Source: Lama glama
Lineage: Eukaryota
DNA length: 64,000 bases
NCBI GenBank assembly: GCA_028534125.1
Contig: CM052817.1
Location: 51,090,001 to 51,154,000, forward strand
Reading direction: 5' to 3'
Shown: piece by piece, positions 1-12,344 of the stretch
Layout: every line of letters starts with the position of its first letter
Position numbering within the stretch: the stretch's first letter is position 1
Notes under the pieces: generated by a model
What the model was told of the DNA's origin: nothing
Database searches by the model: none
What the model saw: the letters and a program-made list of their open reading frames with translations, nothing else
Translations under genes and position numbers: made by a program

Positions 1-2796
1 AAATATGAAAAGACAAATTACTAGTAATGAAGTTGAATTAGTAATAAAAATATTTCCCAATAAACAAAAAGTACATGACCAGATGGCTTTACAGGTAAAT
101 TCTACCAAAAACTGAGGAAGAGTTAATACCTATACTTCTGAAACTATTCCAAAACATTTACAGAGAAAGGAATGCCTCCACACTCATTCTATGGAGCAAA
201 CATCCCCGACTTCAAACTAGACAAAAGATATCACCTCAAAAGAAAATTACAGGCTAATATCATTGGTGAACACAGATGTAAAAATCTTCAACAAATACTA
301 GCAAACCTAACTCAATAATACATTAAAAGGATCATCTACCTTGATCAAGTGAGATTTATCCCAGTGAGTGATGGAGAGATGGCTCAACATCCACAATCCA
401 ATCAATGTGACACACTACATTAACAACTTGAAAAATAAAAATTATATGATCATCTCAATAGATGCTAAACACTCTCAATAAAGTGGGCATGGAGGGAACA
501 TACCTCAACATAATAAAGGCTATATATTACAAACCCACAGTTAACATCATACTAAAAGATGAAAAGATGAAAGCATTTTGTGTAAGATCAAGGCAAGGAT
601 GTTCACACTCATCACTTTTATTCAACATAGTGTTAGATGTCCTAGCTGTAACAATCACGAAAGAAAAATAAGTAAATGGAGTCCATACTGGAACGTAAGT
701 AAAACTGTCACTGCAGATAACATGATACTATAGACAGGAAATCCTGAAGACACCAAAAAAAAACTACTAGAACTCAATGAATTTCACAAAGTTGCAGGAT
801 ACAAAATTAAAGAAAGCTGTTGCACTTCTATACACCAACAGTGAACTAAGAGAAAGAGAAATCAGAAAATACAATTTACAACCACATCAAAAAGAATTTA
901 AAAACCCTAGGAATAAATCTAACTAAGGAGGTAAAAGACCTGTACTCAGAAAACCGTAAGACACTGATGAAAGATACTGAAGATGACACAAACAGATGTA
1001 AAGGTATACTATGTTCATGGATTGGAAGAATTTATATTGTTAAAATGAGCATAGTACCAAGGTAATCTAAAGATTTGCAGATACTAACTACTATATATAA
1101 AATAAACAGCAAGGTCCTACTGTATAGCTATATTCAATATTCAATACCTTGTAAAAGCCTATAATGACAAAGAATTTGAAAAAGCATATATATACACACA
1201 CACACACACATATATATACACATATATTTTTGAACCACTATGCTGTACACCAGAAATTAACATTGTAAACCAACTATAATTAAAATTACAAAAAAAATTA
1301 CAATGCAATTCAAACCAATGGGATTTTTCACAGAACTAGAAGAAATAATTTTAAAATTTGTACAAAAATACAAAGATCTCAAATAGCAAAACAATCTTGA
1401 TAAAGCAGAAAAACCTGGAGGTACCAGTTTGATTTCAAACTATACCACAAAACTGTAGTTATCAAAACAGTATAGTACTGGTATCAAAACAGATACATCA
1501 ATTATTAGAATAGAATAGAGAATCCAGAAATCACCCAACACTTATATGGCCGAACAAGGCAAGAAAACAACGGGTAAAAGACAGTCTCTTCAACAAGTGG
1601 TGCTGGGAAAGTTGGACAGCTACATACAAAAGAATCAAACTGTAACACTTCCCTACACCATGCTCAAAAATATATTTCAGTCTTTAATCCATTTTGAATT
1701 AAAGACTTTAAACCATAAACTTTCTAGAAGAAAACACAGGAAATTCTTTGACACTGTTCTTAGTAATATTTGGACCTGCCTTCTCAGATAAGGGAAACAA
1801 AAGCAAAAATAAACAAACGGGACTACATCAAATTAAAAAGCTTTTGCACAGCAAAGGAAACTATCAACGAAATTAAAAGGCCACTTACTGAATGGGAGAA
1901 GCTATTCACAAAAGACATAGCCAATAAGAGGTTAATATCCAAATATATAAAGAGCTTATACAATTCAAGAGAAAAAAAAACCAATTAAAAATGGACAGAG
2001 GATCTGAACAGACATTTTTCCAAAGAAGACACACAGATAACCAATAGGCACAAGAAAAGATGTTCAACATCACTAATTATTAGGGAAATGTAAGCCAAAA
2101 CTACAATGAGATATCAATTCATACTTTTTATAATTGGTATTATCAAAAAGAACATAAAGAACACATGCTGGTGAGGATGTAGAGAAAAGGGAACCTTTAT
2201 ACACTGTTGGTAGGAATATAATTTGGTGCAGCCATGATGGAAAACAGTATAGAGATCACTTAAAAATTAAAGACAGAACTACCATATGATTCAGCAATTC
2301 CACTCCTGGAAATTTATCCAAAGAGCACAAAATTACTAATTTAAAAATACATATGCATCCTTATATTCACTGCATTCAGAATTATTTACAATAGCCAAAA
2401 TATGGTAGCAAACTAAGTATCCATCAATAGATGGATTAAAAAAATGTGGTATATATATAATGTGTGTGTGTATAATGTAACATTACTCAGACATAAAAAA
2501 GAATGAAATCTTGCCATCTGCAACACTATAAATGGATCTGAAGGGTATAATGCTAAGGGAAGTAATTCAAACATAAAGACAAATACTATGTGATTTCACT
2601 TATATGTGTATTCTAAGAGCCAAAACAAATGAACAAACATAAACAGAAGCAGTTATAGATACAGAGAACAAACAGGTGGTTGCCAGAGGGAAGGGAGGTG
2701 GAAATAGTTGAGGGAAATTGAGAGGTACAAACATCCAGTTGCAAAATAAATAAGTCACTGTACAGTGTGAGGAATATAGTCAATTAAAAAAAAAAA
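1..2796 (+). mobile_element. LINE-1 3' portion (decayed ORF2 RT and C-terminal region plus 3' UTR, L1MA9-like), extending beyond the window start
   Basis: ORF fragments match L1 ORF2p ([50 protein letters not shown]). The RT FADD motif is degraded to ADNMIL* at about 713-733. L1MA-type 3' UTR and an A-tail at 2786-2796. Confidence 0.97.
1071..1298 (+). mobile_element. Short young L1 3' end (artiodactyl type) inserted in the older L1; contains a (TA)/(CA) microsatellite
   Basis: agatttgcagatactaact...caaggtcctactgtatagc...cattgtaaaccaactata plus an A-rich tail. Homologous to the copies at 6053 and 22252. Host ORF2 resumes at caatgcaat (1301). Confidence 0.9.
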
Positions 2797-3280
2797 GAAC
2801 AGAAGAAAGAACAAACAAACATCTGTAAAATCTATTTGGGTATTGACAGAACAAGTAAGGTCAATTTTTCAATAAGCTGAAGGGTAAAAGTAGCCATAGC
2901 AGAGCACACCGATATTGGCATATCTTCTACATTAATGTGGGTATATGAAAAATAATTGATTACATGTTGATGAGAAAATTTAAGTTGAAAATATTTAAAA
3001 TGTTTAAAAAATTTTCTTAGTTCATGGGGACATCTCTTGGTTTACCCAGATATTGTAAATATTGTAGTGATACAAATTTAGAGAGGGTAAGAAGAGAATA
3101 CAGAGGAAAATATGTGTATTAGAAATTACTTTTAATGTCTATCAAAATTTGTGTATGGCCTTCACATTTCTAATTTTTAGAAGCAATATGTATTCTAAAT
3201 TAATTATGAATTGTGACTTTATGCTATTTTATTTTGATAAAAATGTAAATATCAAATCCACTGTGTTTGATAAATGCTAT

Positions 3281-3307
3281 ACACACACACACACACACAC
3301 ACACACA
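3281..3307. repeat. (CA)n microsatellite
   Basis: About 13 perfect AC units. Confidence 0.98.
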
Positions 3308-3430
3308 TAACTTTAAGAAGTAATTATAACATTTTGTATTGGTGTAGGTATAAGGTCAAGAATTAGTTATTTTTCTGAAATTACTGTTTAATTTACAGTG
3401 CATTTACTCTTTCAAATTTTATGCTCTAGA

Positions 3431-3631
3431 TTGTGCTATTAATACAGTACACCTAGCCATAGCTGATACTTAAATTTTACTTAATTGAAATTAGATACAC
3501 AATTCAGTTCCTGAATCCTACTAAATATGTTTCTAGTCATCAGTAGACACATCTGGCTAGTAAATAGCACAGTTCTAGCAAGCAATTACATGACATTTCA
3601 TCACTGCAAAAAGTTTTATTAGAAAGAACAG
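3431..3631 (-). mobile_element. MER3-like hAT-Charlie MITE
   Basis: Reverse complement resembles MER3 (aattcagttcct; cacatctggctagt; catttcatcactgcaaaaagttttatt). Flanked by TCTAGA-containing 8-mers ctctagat/atctagaa, the usual Charlie target site. Confidence 0.8.
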
Positions 3632-3707
3632 ATCTAGAACATTTCAAGTATGACTCACATTTTAAAAGCTCTATCTACAAATATTTGAGGGAAAACATCT
3701 ATTGCAC

Positions 3708-5378
3708 GAGTTGATCTATAGATTTAATGCAATCCCAATCAAAATCAAGAAAGTTATTTTGTGTATATCAATAAACTGATTCTGAACTTTGAATAGAGAG
3801 GCAAAATACCAAGAAGAGCCAATACTATACTGAAAGAGAACTACAGTTTATAAGACTATATTACCTGACTTCAAGGCTTACTACATAGTTACAGTAATCA
3901 AGACAGTGAGGTGTTGGTGGCAAAAATAGACTAAGGATCATTGGAATGAACAAAGGGCACAGAAATAGACCCATATAAATATAGTCTACTGATTTTTGAA
4001 GGAGGAGCAAAAACAATACAATGGAGAAGAAATAGTATTCTCAACCAATGGTTTTGAAATAACAGGACATTTGCATGGGAAAAAAAATAGAAATCAAGAC
4101 ACAGACCTTACACCCTTCATAAAAATTGAGTTAAATGGATCAGAGACCTAAATGTGTCATGCAAAACTAAAAATGCCTACAAAATAACACAGGAGAGAAT
4201 CTAGATGACCTTGGGTAGGGCAATGGCTTTAAACACATACCAAAAGCATCAATCCATAAAATAATTGGTTAGCTAGACTTCCTTAAAATGAAAAACCTTT
4301 GCTCTATGAAAGACAGTGTCAAGAGATTGAGAAGACAAGCCACAGACTGGGAGAAAATATTTGCAAAATACACATGTAATAAAATACTGTTATCCAAAAT
4401 ATATAAAGAACTCTTAAAATTCAACAATAAACAAACAACCTGATTAAAAAATGGGCCAAAGACATTAACAGGCACCTCACCAAATATATACAGATGGCCA
4501 AACAACATATGAAAAAAATGCTCTACATCATATGTTATCAGGAAAATGCAAATTAAAACAATAATGAGGTACCACTCCACATATATTAGAATGACTAAAA
4601 CCAACAACATTGACAACATCAAGTGCTGATGAGGATGGGGAGCAACAGGAATGCTCATTTACTGCTGGTGGGAATGTAATATGGTACAGCTGCTTTGGAA
4701 GGCAGTTTGGTAGTTTCTTACAAAACTAAATATACTCTTACCATACAATCTGACAATCATGCTCCTTGGTATTGATCCAAGTGAGTTGAAAACTTATGTC
4801 TACACAAAAACCTGCACATGAATGCAGGTTTATAGCATCCTTATTCATAACTGTAAAAACTTGGAAGCAATTGAGATGTCCTGATGGATAAACAAACTGT
4901 GGTACACCAACAAAGGAAAAGAGCTATCAAGCCATTAAAAGGCATGAAGGAAACTTACATGCATACTGCTAAGTAAAAGAAGACACTCTTGAAAGGCTAG
5001 ATATTGACTTAGTTTAACTATATGACACTCTGGAAAAAGTAAAACCAAGGAAACAAAAAGATCTATGGTTGCCAGGTGTGGGAGAGGGGATGATAGGTGG
5101 AGCACTGTGAACATATCCATATGATACCATAAGGATGGGTACACATCATACATTTGTTCAAACCCATAAATGTGTAACACCAAGAGTGCATAGATTTGAG
5201 GTGATTATGATGTTTAATTATAGGTTCATCAAATTGTGGCAAATGTAGCACTCTGGTAGGGCATGTTGATAATGAGGGAGGTTTTGCATGGGTGAGGACA
5301 GAAGGTATGTAGGAAATACCTATATTCACCTCAAGTTTGCTGTGAACCTGAAACTTCTCTGAAAAAGTCTTAAAAATA
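3708..5378 (+). mobile_element. LINE-1 3' fragment, L1MC1/L1MC2-like
   Basis: Starts at atctatagatttaatgcaatcccaatcaaaatc (ORF2). Carries the ORF2 C-terminal region and a 3' UTR ending ctgtgaacctgaaacttctctgaaaaagtc. Confidence 0.93.
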
Positions 5379-5759
5379 TACTGTATGAAATAATCCATTA
5401 CAAAGGAGGTATTTAAGTTATATGCACTGACTAATCTTTATATGCCCATTGTACATGCCCAGAAAAAAAACTTATATTTACTTCTTGAATTATCAATAAA
5501 AGCTCTCTTATCATCTTGTCACCTGTAAGTATTCCACTTCATTGGACATGGACACTAACTTACATGAGAAATCAGTATTTTTCTATTTAAAAACTTATCT
5601 TCAGTTACTGTTTCTTAAATAATATAAATTCACTATTTGGTTAATAAAAGTCCTAGTCAGAAGCAAAGTCTTGGACAAAAATAAACATGTCAGCTCTAAA
5701 AGTACCCAGATACTCAGAGAGGAAATAAGATGCTGGAGAAAGTAAGAATCATCTTGATA

Positions 5760-6380
5760 CCTCTAGGTGGGTGCAATCAGAGAAACAAAAGCAGTAGGAG
5801 ATACATGTTAAGGGATTTATTGAAAAGAATTGACTTACATAACCCTGGGAACTGGCCAGCCAAGTTTGAAATCTGTAAGCATGGGACAGCAGGAAGAGCA
5901 GAAGGAAACTTTTCAGCACAAAATGAAGCTGCTATTTATGATCATAATTTCTTCTCATTCAGAGAAACCTTACCTCTGTTCTTAAGGCCTTTCAATTGAT
6001 TGAATCATGGCCACCCAGATTATCTAGGATTATCTCCTTAAAGTCAACTGATAATATATACACACTACTATATGTAAGATAGATAAACAAGGACCTACTG
6101 TATAGCACAGGGAACTGTATTAGATATCTTGTAATAACCTATACTGGAAAAGAATCTGAAAAAGAATAAATACATGTATATGTATAATTGAATCATTTTG
6201 CTGTACATTCAAAACTAACACGACATTGTAAATCAACTATATTTCAATAAAAAAAGGTCAACTGATTACGAACGTTCATCACATCTACAAAATACCTTCA
6301 TAGAAACACCTAGATTGGTATTTGATCGGATAACTGAAACTGTAGCCTAGCTAAATTGACACATAAAACTGACTGTCACA
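5760..6380 (-). mobile_element. MLT2 (ERVL) solo LTR, MLT2C/D-like, split by an L1 insertion
   Basis: aaggcctttcaattgattg, ccacccagattatctagg, catctacaaaataccttca, and the terminus ttgacacataaaactgactgtcaca are typical of a reverse-oriented MLT2. Confidence 0.85.
6053..6253 (+). mobile_element. Short young L1 3' end with 13-bp TSD
   Basis: TSD aaagtcaactgat (6040-6052) and aaggtcaactgat (6254-6266). TT/AAAG endonuclease-type site; AATAAA and A-tail. Confidence 0.95.
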
Positions 6381-7100
6381 GTAGGGATTATAACTGCTGC
6401 CGGATTTTTAAAGATGACTCAGAAAAAAAGAATAAATTGAATATTCTAGTCTCATCATCACCTTTAACCTATGGGTTAGCACTATAGAATATGTTTGTAA
6501 GATATTTTCCTAAATGTCTTGAAATGAAACACTGTAGAACACAATTTCTTTTATTATTCTATAGAACTTCTATCTCTAACAAAAATATTGCAATTTAAAA
6601 GAGTTCTACTTTCTATACTTCTGAATTTGTTATAAATCTAAAAAAGATAAGCTTAATATTTACACAGGTAGAACCTTTTGCTTTATATCTCTTTTCCAAA
6701 TTCTCTTATTTCCTTAAAGTTAACTTAAAGATAATGTGTATTTCAAAATCCTTTGACAGGAATTGAAAAACAATTTAAGGTGTTTCTTATTGATCCTCAG
6801 AACAATTTTAATCTATTTCTCCATATAATTTGGCTGAATGTACAGACAGAACAAACCAAAACTTGGACATCAAGACCTGAGAATACTGGGAACATAACCC
6901 AGGACTATTATTTTAGCAATCTATTTTGTTTTATTTCTTAGAGATAAATGTTCTGATTATTCTTTTTCACTTAAATTTCATTTTTGACCAATGGTCTCAT
7001 TTCACTGCAGTCTCAATTCTGATCTCTTTGTCCTCTAAAATAAGCTCAAAGTGAATGAAAAGAATACAATTCAATGTTCATTATCTCAAAGTATTACTAC

Positions 7101-7234
7101 TTTTTAAAAACTTGACATTTGGTTGACTTAATATGGTGTCCAACACAGTGATTTGATATTTTTATAGATATACTTCATATAAAGTTTTATAAAATATTGG
7201 CTATATTTCCTGTGGTTTCCAGTGTATCTTTGTA
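7101..7234 (-). mobile_element. Short L1 3' end with TSD
   Basis: TSD tcaaagtattac(t/c)a at 7086 and 7235. Body (aaaatattggctatatttcctgtg) is homologous to the copy at 8769. Confidence 0.85.
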
Positions 7235-7984
7235 TCAAAGTATTACCATTTTTAATTAAAGCTTTTGTTCTATGACATAATGTACTTTCCAAAATTTATC
7301 AAAAATATAGGTGCTTATCAATCAACTTTCTAAATATACAGAAAAATATACTTTTATGAAAAGAGGGGCAAGGAGAATAATAGTTACAAGAACAAATTAA
7401 TTATTTTGGATTGATAAAAGAAAGCCAAAGTCATGATATTTAGCTTAGGGGTTTGAATCTCTGATTTGCCATTCCCTGATGAAAACTATCAAAAAAAAAA
7501 AAAACCCAAAAAACTAGACACTTTTTTTTTTTGTAACTTAGTCTCTCATTTTCAAGATAAAGAGTTTCTACTTTAAAAAGAGTGTTTTTTATTTAGACAA
7601 AATGGTGGGGATCTCACCACTGAGTCTGAGATTTTTCTGTGTTGTTTTTCATTAATTTATACTTTTAAAACCATAATGTTTGAGAAACCAACTTTTTCAA
7701 TTAGCTTGTTTAATTTCATTGCTAAGTGGAATACATCAAGCAAAATACATCCTCTACCATCGAAAGATCTCAGGTTAGAAAAAATGTTATTTTTTTTTCT
7801 CACAGAAAAGTTATAGGTACTTAGAGTAATATGACAGGAAAAATAATACAATACTGTGAAATTTAATAATCCTCTTAGTTTTAGAGGTGGGAATATGTAA
7901 TATTTATGATGAGAAAGATTTCCACTAGAAATGTTTTTCACAGTGGGTGTTAAATTTTAAAGAAAAGTATAAAGTACTTACCAA

Positions 7985-8090
7985 GGCAAAAGTCAGGTTA
8001 GGAGAGAGTTCCTGGTATTGGACAAAGCATGTACTAAGGCCTAGGTTCAAGGAAGAACACAGTGTCTTCAGAGTAGAGTTCTGTGATTAG
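7985..8090 (-). mobile_element. L2 fragment
   Basis: gagagttcctgg...aaagcatgtactaaggcctagg resembles the antisense L2 3' region; highly diverged. Confidence 0.5.
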
Positions 8091-8619
8091 AAGGTAGAAC
8101 CTGAAGGAGTAAACCCCTCCTTCTCTTTAGGGGGCCTTAGTAGGAAATAAGGCCATAAAACTTGTAAATTACCTTATTTGGTTTGATGGGCAATTTATAC
8201 TTTTATCATAAATATGATTTGTTACATTTGCAACGCCTGTGAGATGTCTATACATACCCTAGCTTCTCAGATCTTGTACCTCCTCACTCTAATAATCTCT
8301 TCATTCACCTAACCTCAACAAGATATTCCCAGAGTGATAACATAGACTATGTCATATCCAACTGAATTATCTGAAATTCAATTTCAAGCTTTGTACTCTA
8401 TCACCCACTTTTTAGGCCACTTATTCTATTACTCCCAATTAAAAAAATACATTTCAACTTTTTTCAGATATGCAAACCATTGACCTTGCTATTCTTCTGT
8501 TAATTTACCTTTTTTCTTATGTACCTTAGATCATTTGTACAGTATTACCATCATCCCCTGATAAATAGCCCTATCTCCCTCAATTTCTTCATATTAGCTT
8601 GTGGTATTAGGGTAGTTTA

Positions 8620-9227
8620 ATTTATACTATTCAATCAGTCTCTGTTTAAATCAGTCTCTGTTAGCTCCTGTCCTTGGTTCAAATAATAATAAGTCAAATA
8701 AATATTTATTCCTTGCAATTATTACATTTCTGTCACAGGGCCTTTAGGGTTTTGATGCATAACTCTTTTTTATTGAAGTATAGTTGATTTACAATATTAT
8801 ATTAGTTTCAGGTGCACAACATAGTTATTCAATATTTTTATAGCTTATACTCCATTTGAAGTTATTATAAAAATGTTGGCTATATTCCCTGTGATGTATA
8901 ATTTATCTTTGTAATTTATTTATTTAATACATAGTAGTTTATGCCTCTTGATCCCCTACCCATATCTTGTTCCCCACTGCTTTGGTGCACCACTCTTTAT
9001 TCCAGAACTCAAACTGTCAAAATCTCCAGTAACTATTGCAGAGAAAATGTGAAATTATGCTATAGCTCTTAGAGCTTCATCCAGAAGTAATATATGTCAA
9101 ATTTGCTTACATATCCAGAAAAAAGTCACATAATTACACTTATTTTCAAGAGATAAAGTACAACCTTACTAAGTATCTGAGAGGGGAGAAAACTGGAGTA
9201 TTACTAAGAGCCCTAATGACTATCATA
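8620..9227 (-). mobile_element. Old MaLR LTR (MLT1J/K/L-like)
   Basis: ccagaagtaatatatgtc...ttgcttacatat...aagtcacat, ending ggagaaaactggagtattactaagagccctaatgactatcata. Left boundary uncertain. Confidence 0.6.
8769..8980 (-). mobile_element. Short L1 3' end with diverged 18-bp TSD
   Basis: T-run followed by attgaagtatagttgatttacaatatt. TSD tttgatgcataactcttt (8751) and tttggtgcaccactcttt (8981), 3 mismatches. Confidence 0.92.
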
Positions 9228-10841
9228 GCTGACCAAATCCAGCCTGGGTTAAACCCAGGTAGCTCCCTATTATTTATTTTCACTGTAACAGCTGAAAGCC
9301 CTGGGAAAATAGAAAAATAGAAAACTCCAAAAGATAATACTTTTTTCATTTAATATTTATGCCAAAAAATAACAAATGGGCACTTAACTTTGCCCAGGAA
9401 CCCTGCTACACTTTCCTAAAATGTATATTTCTTCATTCTGCAAAATAACTATTTCATACCCTTGTCACTCTTTAAAATGCAACCCCTCTTACCTAACTCT
9501 GATGACCTTCTACACAAAGTTAGAAATTGTAAGCCTTCATTTAGGAATTATTTAATATTCTTATCTTAATATTTACTAATTTGCCAATTATATCCTTCTT
9601 TCCTATTATAATGAAGGACTCATTTATGTAAAGCACAAGACCTCTACCTGCATCATGGATCCTGCTCCTAAAGCCTTATAAAGAGATATTCTTCTCCATT
9701 TTCTTCCTTATCTTTTTCTTATCAGTTTTTCTCACCCTCCTGGATCATCCTCTCAGTAGGTCCCATATTTAAAATAATTAAAAACAAAACCAACAACAAC
9801 CCCCCAGATCTCTGGACCGCCTGTCTATCTTCCATATAAACTGAATTTTTAGCTTCTCTTCACAGCAAAACTCTTTAGAAACTGTTTTCTCTAGTGGAAC
9901 TCCTCTCTCGCTCGCTTCCCATTGTCTCCACAACCCACCCTTGGTTCGCTACATTCCCCTCGACTGCAAGACATTTTGTCCTCAAACTTTTCATCGGCTG
10001 CCTTGCTGTCCAGTCCTCATCTTATTTGACTTCTTCAACCACAATAGTGACTGTTACCACAGCTACTTCATTGAAAGATTTTTTTTCTTTAGCTTTCCAG
10101 ATTTTCTCTTATTTGAGTGACTTCCTTTTTGTAGGTCCCACCCACAGCTCTGCCACTAAATACTGAACCCCTGCACCCCCTTCTCTTTCCTTGTTAATCC
10201 TTTTGATTGTTGGTATCATATGGTTACATGCCTTAAAATGCACACATTAAGCACATTTTTAAAATTATCTCCCATCTTGAACTTCACACTTGTTTATCCA
10301 GCTTAATATATCCATCTGATTACCTCTTAACATCTTCACTGAAGACCATGCAAATTATTACTCCTTGAGTTGACTAATGTGAAACAAAATGTCTCCTATA
10401 TCTAGGCTTAACAAATCCATAAAAGACCTCTTAACATTCAGCACTCTGTAATCTACTTTTCAAACAGGTTTTGTTTTTGTTTTTGTTTTTGTTTGTATCA
10501 GGAAATAGCAACATCATTTACATTACCACTGAAATGTAAGACTAATATTCTTCTTTCTATCTTTTACTATAGTCTCAAATCAATTCAACAGAAAGTCTTA
10601 AGCACTCTACCCCAAACTATAACCAGAATCTGGCCACTTTAGAGGATTCCACTGTGGTATTCCTGCTAAGCCATCACCATCATTTTACTGAATTACTCTA
10701 ATCCAATCATTTTACTTACTGGGAATATTTTAAAAACATCAGAGTACACTATTCCTCTGTTAATATTCTACAATATATTCCCATTCTTCTTTCAAAAAAT
10801 TCTAATTCTTACAGCTTCCTTTCTTATCACATTCTTATTTT

Positions 10842-11003
10842 CATATTATTTAATTATTTTATTTTGGAGGAGGGGGTAGGGTAATTAGGTTTATCTATTT
10901 TTTTTAGAGGAGGTTCTGGGGATTGAACCCATGACCTCGTGCATGCTAAGCACTAGCATGCTTAGCTTACCATGAGCTCTACCACTTGAGCTATACCCTC
11001 CCC
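10842..11003 (-). mobile_element. tRNA-derived SINE, camelid Vic-type
   Basis: Minus strand reads GGGGAGGGTATAGCTCAAGTGGTAGAGC (A box)...GGGTTCAATCCCCAG (B box), then a tail and A-rich end. Perfect 13-bp TSD acattcttatttt at 10829-10841 and 11007-11019. Confidence 0.93.
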
Positions 11004-12344
11004 ACAACATTCTTATTTTTTGATTAACAGGATCTGGACCTAATTAGATCTAATCTAGTTCTAACACTTAAGAGAGTGGTCTAATCTGGAAATAAAATAC
11101 TTGAAACATATTTGGAAATAGATACATCCTTCCACTAGTTTTTATGTATGTGTTTTTCAGGTTTGTACATTAATAATTTGTTGCATTTTTTAATGTCCTC
11201 ATTTTGCTTTTCCCTCATCCCACTTCTGGCTCAGAATGAATGAATGAGCAAACAAATGAATAAATAAATAAATGCCTCAGTAATTTTTTAACCAAAACAA
11301 CAGTATACCTACTTTTTAATATGGGGATGTGATAAATAGATAAACAAGTATAGCTGAATGTATTACTACAATGTAAAGTTTTTTAAAAAGAAAGTGACAA
11401 TGATCAAACATTTCCCCCATTTACAGGAAAGTGCACAGAAGGAGAGAGAGGGGAGAAAAGGAGAGGAAGGACAATAGCACAGACAGTAACAATGCATGTA
11501 CTGAAAAGTAGCAGTGATGGGTACGGAGTGAAAAAAGAATACATTCTCTTTCCGCCTCCTTATCTCCCATAGTCCTGGGTAGCCAAAAGAAGCTCATGAA
11601 ATTGAACAGTCACTTAATATAGTCAGATCTGTTTCATCATCTTCATTTTTTTCTCCCCTTTGTGCTTTAGAGAGAAATAAATTAGCAATAAATCTGCTTA
11701 TCCTCTTAATTGGGTAGATCTAGCATGTCTGTAAGTAGCAATGCCAAAATGTATAGTAGTTGAGTGGCTCCTCCTTTGTAATAAAGCTGTCAGGGCTGAC
11801 ATCCCCAGATTCATGGTCTCCTCCTTCCTCCTTCTTTAGCAGGGTGAGGGGATTATGCAGATGAGTCATAACACTGTGTCTGCCTAGGAAATCTTGTCTT
11901 GTGTGCTTGGCATACTCTGAATATATTTCTATACCACTGAATACCCACAGCTCAGAACTGTGTCTAGGGGATAAACACCTTAACAAAGCTGTTTAGCAGC
12001 TCCACTAAATGGTTTTGGCAGGCACAAACTTTTTGAGTAGATGGGAAAAAGCTTCCTCTCCCACTCTTTTCTTCTATTTGTCCTTATTCAAGTCTCTCTT
12101 TCTGTATTTCTCTTTTCTCTTTCTCTTCTGTGTCTTCTTTAACTGTGTCTTTCTCTCCATCTCTCTCTCCTCTGAGAACTTGAACTTTTTTTTCAAATTA
12201 TATGTAAACATCAAGATAATTTCTTAGAACACCTTCCCTTAAAGTGAGCAATTTATTTTATTTTTTTTTATTTTAGCCTTGCTAGCTCAGAAAGAACACA
12301 GAAGAAAGATATTAGGAATGGGGCGGGGGGTTAGCCACCTTATA

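Larger units (their letters stand above)
8230..11272 (+). mobile_element. Fragmented L2 LINE, interrupted by MLT1, L1 and SINE insertions
   Basis: Pyrimidine-rich L2 motifs (cacagcaaaactct; tcctcatcttatttgacttc; atccagcttaatatatcc; ccagaatctggccactt) and a terminal aatgaatgaatga...aataaataaatg tail at about 11235-11272. Confidence 0.7.

Noticed and set aside
462..1988. ORFs 462-671, 1546-1791 and 1770-1988 as genes
   Set aside because: Fragments of a frameshifted, stop-containing L1 ORF2.
4269..4658. 129-aa hydrophobic ORF resembling a membrane protein
   Set aside because: Antisense frame of A-rich L1; the hydrophobicity comes from T-rich codons.
9243..9259. Hairpin cctgggtt-a-aacccagg
   Set aside because: A single short inverted repeat is expected by chance in 64 kb.
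10915..11003. tRNA gene
   Set aside because: It has a SINE tail, a TSD and a disrupted anticodon arm.
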